Shown piece after piece: positions 1 through 10,808 of a stretch of DNA of 25,261 bases. Below the pieces are notes generated by a model. The model had not been told where the DNA came from. It did no database searches and saw only the letters and a program-made list of their open reading frames with translations. Every line of letters begins with the position of its first letter. Position 1 is the first letter of the stretch. The translations under genes were made by a program, and so were the position numbers. The stretch is from Octopus sinensis. Lineage: Eukaryota. The DNA is taken from NCBI RefSeq assembly GCF_006345805.1, contig NW_021836229.1:1-25261 (forward strand), in the 5' to 3' direction.

Positions 1-239
1 CGTCTACGATGAGTCTCGATTTTAAAAAAATTTTACCATCATATTTTTCCATTTTAATGCATTTTTTTCGCTTTTATATAAGGGAAGTAACTCTCTAAAA
101 TATCTACGATGTGTCAACGATTTAAAAAATATTACCTTAATTTTTTTCCATTTTAATGCATTTTTTGGCTATAACTCTCTAAAAATGCTTATATAGTTAT
201 TTCCCTTACAACCCGAGCAACGCCGGGCGATACTGCTAG
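1..239 (+). mobile_element. Helitron (non-autonomous) 3' end, truncated by window start
   Basis: GC hairpin CCCGAGCAACGCCGGG at 212-227, then CTAG at 236-239 followed by T, which is the canonical Helitron 3' signature. Two ~100-bp subrepeats (ctacgatg...ccattttaatgc...taactctc) recur inside the Helitron at ~2862-2955. Confidence 0.85.
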
Positions 240-365
240 TCATATATAAAAATAAAATATTATACACACTCGCATCAAAATTGTAGCTTATGCATATATA
301 CACGTCTGGTAAAAACAATGAAACAACATATACTGATATCTATGCATATACATATACTTACATAC

Positions 366-1570
366 ATGATGGCCGTCCACTCGTGACCGAGGAAGACTAT
401 TGCTGACCTTTAGGAATATTGTGCGCTCTAAGACTAATATTTTGCATTTATGGAATGGAAGCACTCCGTCGGTTACGACGACGAGGGTTCCGGTTGATCC
501 GATCAACGGAACAGCCTGCTCGTGAAATTAACGTGCAAGTGGCTGAGCACTCCACAGACACGTGTACCCTTAACGTAGTTCTCGGGGATATTCAGCGTGA
601 CACAGAGAGTGACAAGGCCGGCCCTTTGAAATACAGGTACAACAGAAACAGGAAGTAAGAGTGAGAGAAAGTTGTGGTGAAAAAGTACAGCAGGGATCAC
701 CACCATCCCTGCCGGAGCCTCGTGGAGCTTTAGGTGTTTTCGCTCAATAAACACACACAACGCCCGGTCTGGGAATCGAAACCGCGATCCTACGACCGCG
801 AGTCCGCTGCCCTAACCACTGGGCCATTGCGCCTCCACTTTGCATTTATGACTCCGTTGATGGCTGTCATTTGCGTCAGCAGCAGCGTGAACATCACGAG
901 CAAGATCCTCCCACCAAGTGTTTTGCATCTTCCCGAGAGATCACTGCAGTAGCGATTTTACTCTGCTATAGTGGGCAAGTGATAGATCGCTGCACAGCTG
1001 AAATTCTTCTGTGTAGCAATACATTGTGGGCATGATGCTTTACAACTAATAGTCGCTGAACTTCAGTATCATTTTCATCAAACCAGTCTCTGTGTCTGGC
1101 AGTAGCACATCCCAGCGTTTCAGTAGCACATTGAAGAACCTTGTTCCGAAAACTTCCCATACTGTAGTATTTTTCAATGCTGGACAAGCGAGTCTGAAGC
1201 CCTTTCCTCAACACAGCATTATATATCTTGTGGACATTCAGACGCCGAGGAATGCCAACTGGCTCTCTTAAGTATGGCTCTCAGCTGGATATAAAAAATA
1301 GTTTTATCTTCATCACTAGTCAAAGTAGGTGCATAGCCACTTATTAGAGTAGCAAACCGCCCATCTTTCAAGTGCATTCGTAGTCATTTGACGTTCATTT
1401 ATAGGAACAGGAAGCTTCTCCAACTTCTTAAGGATATCAGATCGAACTGTAAAGCCAACACCAGCCTCTCTGTGCTCTTCATTCAGTCTCCCCTTCCAAA
1501 ATAAAGGTGTACCCACCGCCTACTTCCTCAAGCTGACCATCACCTTCTATACGAGTCTCTGAAGTCCAGC
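366..1570 (-). mobile_element. Decayed, internally deleted RTE-clade (BovB-like) LINE remnant, interrupted by a SINE
   Basis: Minus-strand translation gives SETRIEGDGQLEEVGGGYTF / WKGRLNEEHREAGVGF (APE endonuclease), LGCATARHRDWFDENDTEVQRLL and MQNTWWEDLARDVHAAADAND, all typical of BovB-type RTE ORFs. It has multiple frameshifts. The left boundary (366-440, putative 3' end) is uncertain. Confidence 0.8.
453..838 (-). mobile_element. Full-length tRNA-derived SINE (Nin/Deu-domain-like central region)
   Basis: The minus strand begins GTGGAGGCGCAATGGCCCAGTGGTTAGG (A box) ... GTTTCGATTCC (B box) and ends in a TTCCA-type tail. It is flanked by the 12-bp TSD TTTGCATTTATG (441-452 and 839-850) and is CpG-rich. 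The Nin/Deu assignment is from recalled motifs (TGTACCTG, TTCACGAGCA) and is less certain. Confidence 0.9.
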
Positions 1571-2368
1571 TATAAATAAAACAAATGCAAGACAGTAAGA
1601 ATGAGGTGTGATATTAGCGGGGAAACGAAAACATATCTAACATAACAGGGATTCCCCCTCGTCCGCTGTCTATCGGATATCAATGTGATTTCGACACCTT
1701 AATTGAAATGTTTGATTGTTACTTCGGAACTTTGGTTAAGAGTGATCTTTCAATTTATTGTTTGACTGTTTTATACACAACTTTACATAAGAAACAACAA
1801 GCATTATTATAAACGTCTGCTTGGGAAACTATAATAAATACGTATCTCTTATTATAAAAGGCAGATTTTATCTGCCTCCCTTTGTCTCTTATAGAAATCT
1901 ACAATATAGGATTTCTTCAATTACAATTTACCTAGCATTTTTAAGAGTAGAATGCATCGGGTCGTGCCAGGTCCAGTTTTTCAAATTTCAACCCCATTAA
2001 GCAAAATTAGAGAAAACTCACATTTGGGGTCTAAGTCAAGTGCTTTTCTTAGTGGGGCTATAGCACACGCACACGCACACACACACAAACGGAGCGAACT
2101 GTTTCACTGACGCTATCACCCTAATTTCTCCTCCTTTCTCTTTGCAAGTGTGCAACGATTAAAGTGAAAGTAATTCACTTTTTGTAGTGAGTGACTCTTT
2201 CACTCTGCATTCCCACTTCCTCTTTACACACATAGACACGCAAATATATAAATAAAATTGTAAGCTAACGTGTGGGTGTGTGTGTGTGCGTGTGTGTGAG
2301 TGTCTGTGTGTGTGTGCGTGTGTGTGTTGTGTGTGTGTGTGTGTGCGTGTGTGTGAGTGTGTGACAGG

Positions 2369-2720
2369 AAAGTTTTTTAGGACGAATATAAGATCTAAAG
2401 TATATCCAAGTAGCAGAAAGATCGCCCAAAAGTGTATATAGATATTTAAATGTATTTATATATTCATCTATACACAGATGTATGTATAATGTGTGTGTAT
2501 ATATTTCCATAGACGTAACCATTCACTCCGCACAAAGTTTTTTAGGACGAAAATAAGATCTAAAGTTATCTCTAAGAAACAGAAAGATCGCCCAAAAGTG
2601 TATATAGATATTTAAATGTATTTATATATTCATCTATACACACATGTATGTATAATGTGCGTGTATATATTTCCATAGAGGTATCCATTCAATCCATACA
2701 AAGTTTTTTAGGACGAAAAT
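2369..2720 (+). repeat. Tandem ~165-bp repeat (2 full copies plus start of a third) inside the Helitron
   Basis: AAAGTTTTTTAGGACGAA starts at 2369, 2534 and 2700; the unit bodies are clearly homologous. Confidence 0.9.
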
Positions 2721-2968
2721 ATTTATATGTAAAAGAAAGGTTGTGTGTCTGTCTACTCCGATTTAGATTCCTAACTACTCCCACATTTTGCGATGCAGTT
2801 TAACCAAAACCGGGTATCTTATAGTCGTGATTCATATCGAGCCCTTCTGGGTATTAGCGCGCGTCTACGATGAGTACGATGATTTTACAAATAATTTACC
2901 ATCATTTTTTTCCATTTTAATGCATATTTTTTAAATAAAGGGAAGTAACTCTCAAACTTTACACCAAT

Positions 2969-3465
2969 ATGCGTGCTCATATGCGACGTAATATCACATC
3001 AGCAGCATTTCCTCACACCCTCCTTGCACTTGGCGAAGGCAAAATACCAGGGGATGAAAATGGTAATATTGCCATCGATTCCATTTGTACCATTGTTAAG
3101 ACGCCTTCTGATCTCAGAGATGCAGTGTTCCCAGATCTACAAGCTAATTATCAGAATATGGATTGGATTGGCAAAAAGGCTATACTGGCCCCGAGGAATA
3201 AAACTGTTCACCATATTATGATGAAATGCTAAACTCATTCCTGGGGAAGTCTATGTATATCAGTCTATCGATACAACTCCTGACCCAGAGGACGTCATCA
3301 ACTATCCAATAGAGGTACTCAATTCCTTTGAGCACCCCGGACTACCCCACCCACTTTCTCAAACTTAAAGTTGGTGCCCCTATAATGCTCATCAGAAATT
3401 TGGTTCCCCCAAAACAATGCAATGGCACACGTTTGATCGTTAAGTCCTTATCTCCCACCGTAAAC
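2969..3465 (+). pseudogene. Helitron RepHel PIF1-family helicase, C-terminal fragment (frameshifted)
   Basis: LLALGEGKIP...VFPDLQANYQNMDWIGKKAILAPRN, then IPGEVYVYQSIDT...NYPIEVLNSFEHPGLP..LKLKVGAPIMLIRNLVPPKQCNGTRLIVKSL. These are hallmark Helitron helicase motifs. Confidence 0.93.
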
Positions 3466-3565
3466 TTATATCAATATTTGCCTGAATAATCATCATAATT
3501 CAGTGCAATCATTAACAGTACTTTCAAGCAATTCAGGCCCGAGCAACGCCGGGAAATTCTGCTAG

Positions 3566-3597
3566 TATATATATATATGTATATATATATATATCTG

Positions 3598-3633
<36 letters not shown>

Positions 3634-3638
3634 ATATG

Positions 3639-3670
<32 letters not shown>

Positions 3671-3748
3671 ATGTATATATATAATATGTATATATATATA
3701 ATATGTATATTCTATATTATATGTATATATAATATATTGTATATATAC

Positions 3749-3782
<34 letters not shown>

Positions 3783-3795
3783 GTAATATATAATA

Positions 3796-3827
<32 letters not shown>

Positions 3828-4131
3828 CATATACGATACATAATATTATATATATGTATATATATATATATAATATGTATATATTACATATATATTATAT
3901 AATACATATATATATATATATGTATATATATATCTATATATGTTATTATATATATATATGTATATATATATAACATATATGTAATATATATTATATATGT
4001 ATATATACATATATGTATATATATAATATATGTATATATATTATAGTGATATTAGATATATATGTATATATAGATACATATAGTATATTATATATATATG
4101 TATATATACAATATGTATATATATATATATG

Positions 4132-4180
<49 letters not shown>

Positions 4181-4376
4181 GTATATTATATATATATATA
4201 TATATAAATAGATGTGATATATATATAGAGTATATATATATTAGATATATATACATATATGTATATATATATATATGTATATTATATATATATGTATATA
4301 TACATATACATGATGTATATATACATATATACATATGGATATATACATATATACCTATGTATATATACATATATAC

Positions 4377-4408
<32 letters not shown>

Positions 4409-5172
4409 TGTATATATAATATATAGATATATATATACATATATGTATATATATATATATAGATATATATACATATGTATATATACATTATATTACATAT
4501 GTATATATATCATATATACATATGTATATATACATATATACATATGTATATATAATATCTATACTAATATACATTATAGTATATATATATATATATTATA
4601 TATATAATCTATGTATTATATATTATATGTATATATATATATATGTATATATACATATATATATATGTATATATATATATAGTATATAAAATATACATAT
4701 GTATATATAATATATACATATATATATATATACATATAACATATATATATATATACATATATATAAATACATATATATATATAACATTATATATTAGTAT
4801 ATATGTATATATGTATAGATATATATATATGTACGTATATATATATATATATATGTACGTATATACTTATATATATATGTATATATATATATATATGTAC
4901 GTATATACATATATATATGTATATAGATATATATATATGTGTATATATATATATATATGTATAATATATATATATGTACATATATATATATATGTACGTA
5001 TATATATAGTATATATATATTTATAGTACGTATATATTATATATATATATATACGTATATATATATGTATGTATATATATATGTGTGTGTATATATATAT
5101 ATGTATGTATATATATATGTGTGTGTATATATATATATGTATGTATATATATATGTGTATGTATATATATAT
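3566..5172. repeat. ~1.6-kb interrupted (TA)n microsatellite
   Basis: Almost pure TA dinucleotide with G/C interruptions. It produces the spurious Y/I-rich ORFs in the track. Confidence 0.98.
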
Positions 5173-5341
5173 GCTTCTCCCATAGATTAGGCAAAATTTA
5201 GGTATTTATACCAATAACTATTTCTCAATAACTATTTCTCTCCTAAGAAAGGAATGGCTGCCGGCTTTCGCGGGCCACCCGCCCTCCCATGCCCTCCACC
5301 AGTACAGGAAGTCCTAAATTTTCTCATCCTTGTCTCCCTTG

Positions 5342-5726
5342 TACACTTCAAAGTCTTACACCACCCTCACCCCCTACCATAAAAGGTAGTGGTCATTCAT
5401 TCCTGGGGAAGTCTATGTATATCAGTCTATCGATACAACTCCTGACCCAGAGGACGTCATCAACTATCCAATAGAGGTACTCAATTCCTTTGAGCACCCC
5501 GGACTACCACCACACTTTCTCAAACTTAAAGTTGGTGCCCCTATAATGCTCATCAGAAATTTGGTTCCCCCAAACCAATGCAATGGCACACGTTTGATCG
5601 TTAAGTCCTTATCTCCCACCGTAAACTTATATCAATATTTGCCTGAATAATCATCATAATTCAGTGCAATCATTAACAGTACTTTCAAGCAATTCAGGCC
5701 CGAGCAACGCCGGGAAATTCTGCTAG

Positions 5727-5757
<31 letters not shown>

Positions 5758-5892
5758 CTGTATATATATATATATATACACCACCCTCACCCCCTACCAT
5801 AAAAGGTAGTGGTCATTCATTGCAAGATACACTTCAAGTCTTACGCCACCCCCACCTCCTTCCATAAAAGGTAGTGGTCATTCATTGCAAGA
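5342..5892 (+). repeat. Two ~65-66-bp tandem units in the RTE 5' region; the first is split by a templated insertion
   Basis: TACACTTCAA(A)GTCTTAC...CCATAAAAGGTAGTGGTCATTCATTGCAAGA at 5342-5401 plus 5822-5827, and again at 5828-5892. 5357-5401 is repeated exactly at 5777-5821. Confidence 0.9.
5397..5776 (+). repeat. Local duplicate of the Helitron 3' end plus the start of the adjacent (TA)n tract (copy of ~3235-3613)
   Basis: Near-identical to 3235-3565 (hairpin 5699-5714, CTAG 5723-5726). It continues into TA repeat carrying the same G and CTG interruptions as 3566-3600. Confidence 0.95.
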
Positions 5893-5942
5893 TATGTTTA
5901 GTGTTGTGTACGCGGTTTGAACTTAAGTTCTATTGTCTGTCT

Positions 5943-8900
5943 ATGAATCCTGCCAAACGCAAGTTTTCTTTTCAGGTCCATGACGCTACTAGGCCCAATA
6001 CCACCACCACCCACACCCTCAGGGTTGGCACCCTCAACGTTGGCACACTGAAAGGCAGATCTGGCGAGATCGTTGAATTGCTTGAACGGAGGTGTGTGGA
6101 TATATGCTGCATTCAAGAAGTGAGGTGGAGAGGAGGTTCTGCTAGGTTCCTCACAGGCAAAGGACAGAGGTACAAGATTTTCTGGGCTGGGAATACTGAC
6201 GGGGTCGGGGGTGTGGGCATGCTTATCGCCGAAAAATGGGTAGATAAGGTAATCGAGGTAGTCAGAGTATGTGACAGAATAATTAAGATTAAATTAGTGC
6301 TCCATCATAGTTTAGCAACTATTATATTGGCCTATGCCCCTCAGCCAGGGCTACCTGATGGACAGAAAGACTGTTTCTATGACACCCTACTGCAGACCAC
6401 ATCATTGACGAACGACAGGGACCTTCTCTTTGTGGCTGGTGACTTCAATGGGCATGTTGGATGATGTGCTGGGGGCTTCCATGGCGTGCATGGAGGCTAC
6501 GGTTATGGTTCCCGCAACGAGGAGGGAACCAGGCTGCTGGAGTTCTGCGATGCGAATAGTCTTATGGTTTGCAACACTAACTTCAGGAAACCGACAAGCC
6601 ACCTGGTCACCTACCGATCGGGCCGGCATACTAGCCAAATCGACTACATCCTTGCCAGAAAAAGGGAAAGATGGCTGCTTATAAATGCCAAAACCTTCCT
6701 AGGCGAAGAATGCACCCCACAACATAGACTGGTAGTTAGTGACTTTAGGATCAGGACTAAGAGGGCGACTAGAAGACGACCAACATGGGGAAGAAGGGTC
6801 TGGAAGCTTAAAGACCCTGCGAATGGACAGAGATTTAGAGATATGTTATTTGAAGCCTTAGACGAAATGGAAGGGAGTATAGCTACGCATGGGGTAGAAG
6901 ACAACTGGACGCTTCTGAGGGACAACCTGCTGAAAGCCGCTGACCAGATCTGTGGCTGGTGCAAAGTCCCCTTAAGACCCAAAATAACGTGGTGGTGGAA
7001 CAATATTGTTGACAGGGCTATTAGACAAAAGAAACAGGCTTGGAAGCACTGGAAGAATGGTGGTAGCAGGGAATTGTATCAGACTGCTAAAAGGGAAGCT
7101 AGGAGACAGGTCTATCTAGCCAGAGGGGAAGCAGATAAGAAAAAATTTGCCAATGTTCTGCGCCATGAGGACCAAAGACTGGAGGTGTTTCGCGTTGCAA
7201 GACAGTGTGTGAGAGAGAATTGTGATGTGGTGGGAGAGAAGTGTGTTCGCATGGAAGATGGTTTACTTGCGCTAAACGAGGATGCAAAGAGAGAGGCTTG
7301 GAGACGCCACTATGAAAGGTTGCTGAATAAAGAAAATGAATGGGATAAAGAGAGTCTGCCGAACGTTGACCCAACAGAGGGACCAGCTATCAGGGTTGAT
7401 AGTTCCTTAGTAGCTAAGGCAATTAGAAGCATGAAGACAGGGAAAGCCCCAGGCCCATCAGGTATCACTGCAGAGATGCTCAAAATATCTGGTAGTGTCG
7501 GCTATAGCCTAGTCACCTGTATAGTTAATCAGGTGATACATGAAGGAGTCATACCCAATGACTGGTGTAGCATAATAGTCAACTGCTACAAAGGTAAAGG
7601 TGATGCCCTAGATACAAATAATTACAGAGGTATCAAGCTGTTGGATCAGGTGATGAAGGTTACAGAGAGGGTCATAAGCCAACTAATTAGAGAGAGAGTT
7701 AGTTTAGATGAGATGCAGTTTGGTTTCGTGCCAGGGAAAAGTACCACTGATGCTATATTCCTGGTAAGGCAGCTGCAGGAGAAGTACCTAGCCAAAGATA
7801 AGCCCCTGTACCTGGCTTTTGTTGACATGGAGAAAGCCTTTGACAGGGTCCCCCGATCCCTCATATGGTGGTCAATGAGGAAACTAGGAATAGATGAATG
7901 GTTAGTGAGAGCTGTGCAAGCCATGTACAGGGACGCTGCTAGTAAGGTGAGGGTTGGCAATGAGTACAGTGAAGAATTCCGGTAGAGGTAGGGGTCCACC
8001 AAGGCTCAGTCCTCAGCCCCCTCCTATTTATCATAGTCCTCCAGGCAATAACGGAGGAATTCAAGACAGGATGCTCCTGGGAGCTCCTCTATGCTGATGA
8101 CCTTGCTCTAATTGCTGAGTCATTATCAGAACTGGAGAAAAGTTTCAGGTGTGGAAGCATGGTTTAGAATCGAAGGGCCTTAGAGTCAACCTAGCTAAAA
8201 CCAAAGTCCTAATAAGTAGGAAGGTAGACCAATCACAAACGCCTTCAGGTAGATGGCCCTGCTCGATCTGTAGAAAAGGTGTAGGTAGAAACTCTATAAG
8301 ATGCACCAAGTGTAAGCTATGGACACATAAGAGGTGCAGCAGCATAGGAAGGCTAACTAGGAAGATGGTTTTTTATGTGGCAGATGCTCAGGAGCATTAA
8401 CCTCTGAAAATCTGCAGAAAACAACTTCCGTCACTTTCCAGGGGAAAAACTAGAAGTAGTTGATAGCTTCCGTTATCTTGGTGACCAAGTCAGTAGTGGG
8501 GGTGGGTGTGCTGAAAGTGTAACGGCTCGAGTAAGAATAGCCTGGGCAAAGTTTAGGGAGCTCTTACCTCTGTTGGTGACTAAAGGCCTCTCGCTCAGAG
8601 TAAAAGGCAGACTGTATGATGCATGTGTACGAACAGCCATGCTACATGGCAGTGAAACATGGGCCGTGACTGCTGAGGACATGCGTAAGCTCGCGAGAAA
8701 TGAAGCTAGTATGCTCCGTTGGATGTGTAATGTCAGTGTTCAATAGTCGACAGAGTGTAAGTACCTTGAGAGAAAAGTTGGACCCAAGAGGCATCAGATG
8801 TGTGCAAGAGAGACGATTGCGCTGGTATGGTCATGTGGTGAGAATGGATGAAGATAGGTGTGTGAAAAAGTGCCACACCCTGGCAGTTGAGGGGACCTGT

Positions 8901-9038
8901 GGAAGAGGTAGACCCAGGAAAACCTGGGTCGAGGTGGTGAAGCACGACCTTCGAACTCTAGGTCTCACCAAGGAAATGACCAGAGACCGAGACCTATGGA
9001 AGTATGCTGTGCGTGAGAAGACCCAGCAAGACCAGTGA
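5943..9038 (+). pseudogene. RTE ORF: AP endonuclease + reverse transcriptase with PHD-like insertion (disrupted)
   Basis: APE motifs GTLNVGTL, CIQEVRW, GDFNGHVG, QIDYIL; RT motifs NYRGIKLL, QFGFVPGKST, AFVDMEKAFDRV, GVHQGSVLSPLLF, YADD (8090-8101), FRYLG; RTE C-terminal RRLRWYGHV..GRGRPRKTW. There is one in-frame TGA (6462-6464) and several short frameshifts after ~7982. Confidence 0.96.
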
Positions 9039-9085
9039 GAACAATCAAAATCAAATCATATATCAGAAAGCAGGGGTTAAGTGAC

Positions 9086-9360
9086 CCATCCGTTCGTGTC
9101 CGCTGTTAGCCTCGTCTGGCACCCGTGCCGGTGATGCGTAAAAGCACCATTCGCTCGTGGCCGTTTGCCAGCTCTGCCTGGCTCCCGTGTTCGTTGCCAG
9201 CCTCGCCTGGCCCCGTGCCGGTGACACGTAAAAGCACCGTCCGTTCGTGTCCGTTGCCAGCATCACCTGCCCCGTGCCGGTGACACGTAAAAGCACCATC
9301 CGTTCGTGGCCGTTCGCCAGCTCTGTCTGGCATCTGTGCAGGTGGCACGTAAAAAACACC
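9086..9360 (+). repeat. Imperfect ~45-60-bp tandem repeats in the RTE 3' UTR
   Basis: Recurrent CCATCCGTTCGTG.CCGTT.GCCAGC...CCCGTGCCGGTGACACGTAAAAGCA units (about 4-5), CpG-rich. Confidence 0.85.
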
Positions 9361-9835
9361 CAAGACACTCGCGGAGTGGTTGGCGTTAGGAAGGGCATCC
9401 AGCCGTAGAAACACTGCCAGATCTGACTGGGCCTGACGAAGCCTTACAGCTTCACAGACCCCAGTTGACCCGTCCAACCCATGCTAGCATGGAAAGCGGA
9501 CGCTAAATGATGATGATGATGATGATGAAATATTGTTAAATGTTTTTCAATTATTTATAGTTAATACATGTTTTTTTCTATATTTATTTGATAATTAGTA
9601 TAAGTTAAGATACGTACATTTTTCTATTTTATTATTATTATTATTTTAGACCTGATGAGTGAGTATATTTTTAAATAGAATTAATTTTATAGTATATGTT
9701 TTCTATATGGTGTGAATAACATTTTTCACTATTGAATTGTTTAATAGAGGTTTTTCTCTAAATTATATATATACACACACACACACACACACATATATAT
9801 ATGTTGGCCTTCTTCCTTTGCTACCAAAGCCTATA

Positions 9836-10196
9836 TAGGAGTGGCTGAGTGGTAAGTAGCTTGCTTACCAACCACATGGTTCCGAGTTCAGTCCCACTGT
9901 GTGGCATGTTGGGCGAGTGTCTTCTACTATAGCCTCGGGCCGACCAAAGCCTTGTGAGAGGTTTTGGTAGATGGAAACTGAAAGAAGCCCGTCGTATATA
10001 TGTATATATATATATGCGTGTATGTTTGTGTGTCTGTGTTTGTCCTCCTGGCATTGCTTGACACTTAGTAGTTCAGCAAAAGAGACCGATAGAATAAGTA
10101 CTGGGCTTACAAAGAATAAGTCCTGGGGTCGATTTGCTCGACTGAAGGCGGTGCTCCAGCATGGCCGCAGTCAAATGACTGAAACAAGTAAAAGAG
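9836..10196 (+). mobile_element. tRNA-derived CORE-like SINE with internal microsatellite
   Basis: A box TGGCTGAGTGGTAAG, B box-like GAGTTCAGTCCC, CORE-like TTGGGCGAGTGTCTTCTACTATAGCC, internal (TA/TG)n and tail GAAACAAGTAAAAGAG. Homologous copies occur elsewhere in the window. Confidence 0.88.
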
Positions 10197-10808
10197 TATA
10201 TGGTGCTACATGGAGGTTTGTGTTGTTGGGGTGTGGGCACTGGGTTTGCTTCCATTTGTTTTTAATTTTTTGTGGTCACTGCTGGAGAGAATGAGAGTTT
10301 AAATACCAACATTGATCAGCGGTAATCCACTTTCACTTTCCAACTTAATAGGAACTTCATTTTTCACAATTCCACTTCAACACTGCTTACAGTAGTTACA
10401 CTTCCCACCCTGAAGAAAACGGACAGTGGTAAGGTAACAAAAAAATAGCTGATTTAATGCCACAAAGTAACTTGTTTCCCCAAATTTTTAAGAGTGCTTC
10501 CACACTAAACCTTGTGTTGATGTAGTTTTGTATGGTAATTATTGAAATGCAATTCATTTTCACCATAAATCTATAAATAAATATTTAATTGGATAATTTT
10601 AGCTAATCAAAAGCCACAGACATAGGTGTCCCTTTCCAAAGATATTGAAGAACATCAGAGTGACAAACAAATGATGATGGCATGAGGTAGCTGAGCTGTG
10701 CTGAAAATAACAGCTAAATACTCCTTAAATCAGACAAAATTTTAATTTGGCTTTTGCATAGTCATATGAATTCCTGTGTGTAGAACACAAATTTGCAAAG
10801 ATTTTCTG

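Larger units (their letters stand above)
1845..3565 (+). mobile_element. Complete non-autonomous Helitron (1721 bp), deletion derivative with helicase remnant
   Basis: 5' A|TCTCTTATTATAAAAG at 1844/1845; 3' hairpin CCCGAGCAACGCCGGG at 3538-3553 and CTAG|T at 3562-3566. This is insertion at an AT dinucleotide with no TSD. It contains an internal PIF1-like helicase fragment. Confidence 0.85.
5173..9528 (+). mobile_element. Near full-length RTE-clade non-LTR retrotransposon (LINE)
   Basis: Single APE-RT ORF, a repeat-containing 3' UTR, the palindrome CCATGCTAGCATGG at 9479-9492 and a (TGA)7 tail at 9508-9528. The 5' boundary is uncertain (at least 5342, possibly 5173) and no TSD was found. Confidence 0.93.

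Noticed and set aside
760-838. tRNA gene-like sequence on the minus strand
   Set aside because: It has A and B boxes but no proper acceptor stem, and it continues into a SINE body with tail and TSD. It is a SINE head, not a tRNA gene.
419-952. ORFs 419-658, 503-760 and 734-952
   Set aside because: They lie within the SINE and LINE remnant and show no protein-family signal.
4013-5190. Y/I-rich ORFs up to 127 aa
   Set aside because: These are translations of the (TA)n microsatellite; TA repeats lack stops in some frames.
5246-5312. GC-rich patch at the RTE 5' end as an HDV-like ribozyme
   Set aside because: RTE 5' ends can carry HDV-like ribozymes, but I could not fit the nested double pseudoknot (P1, P1.1, P2, P3) by eye. 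It needs a descriptor search.
8673-8700. CTGAGGA...GAAA hammerhead-like spacing in the RTE ORF
   Set aside because: There is no stem II closing pair and no stem I or III; it is a chance match in coding sequence.
9063-9477. Minus-strand ORFs with repeated LANGHERMVLLR
   Set aside because: These are antisense translations of the tandem repeats in the RTE 3' UTR.
9645-9725. Hammerhead-like CTGATGA at 9652-9658 (+)
   Set aside because: The downstream core reads GAAT (9714-9717), and no convincing stem I or III can be formed. At best it is a decayed remnant.
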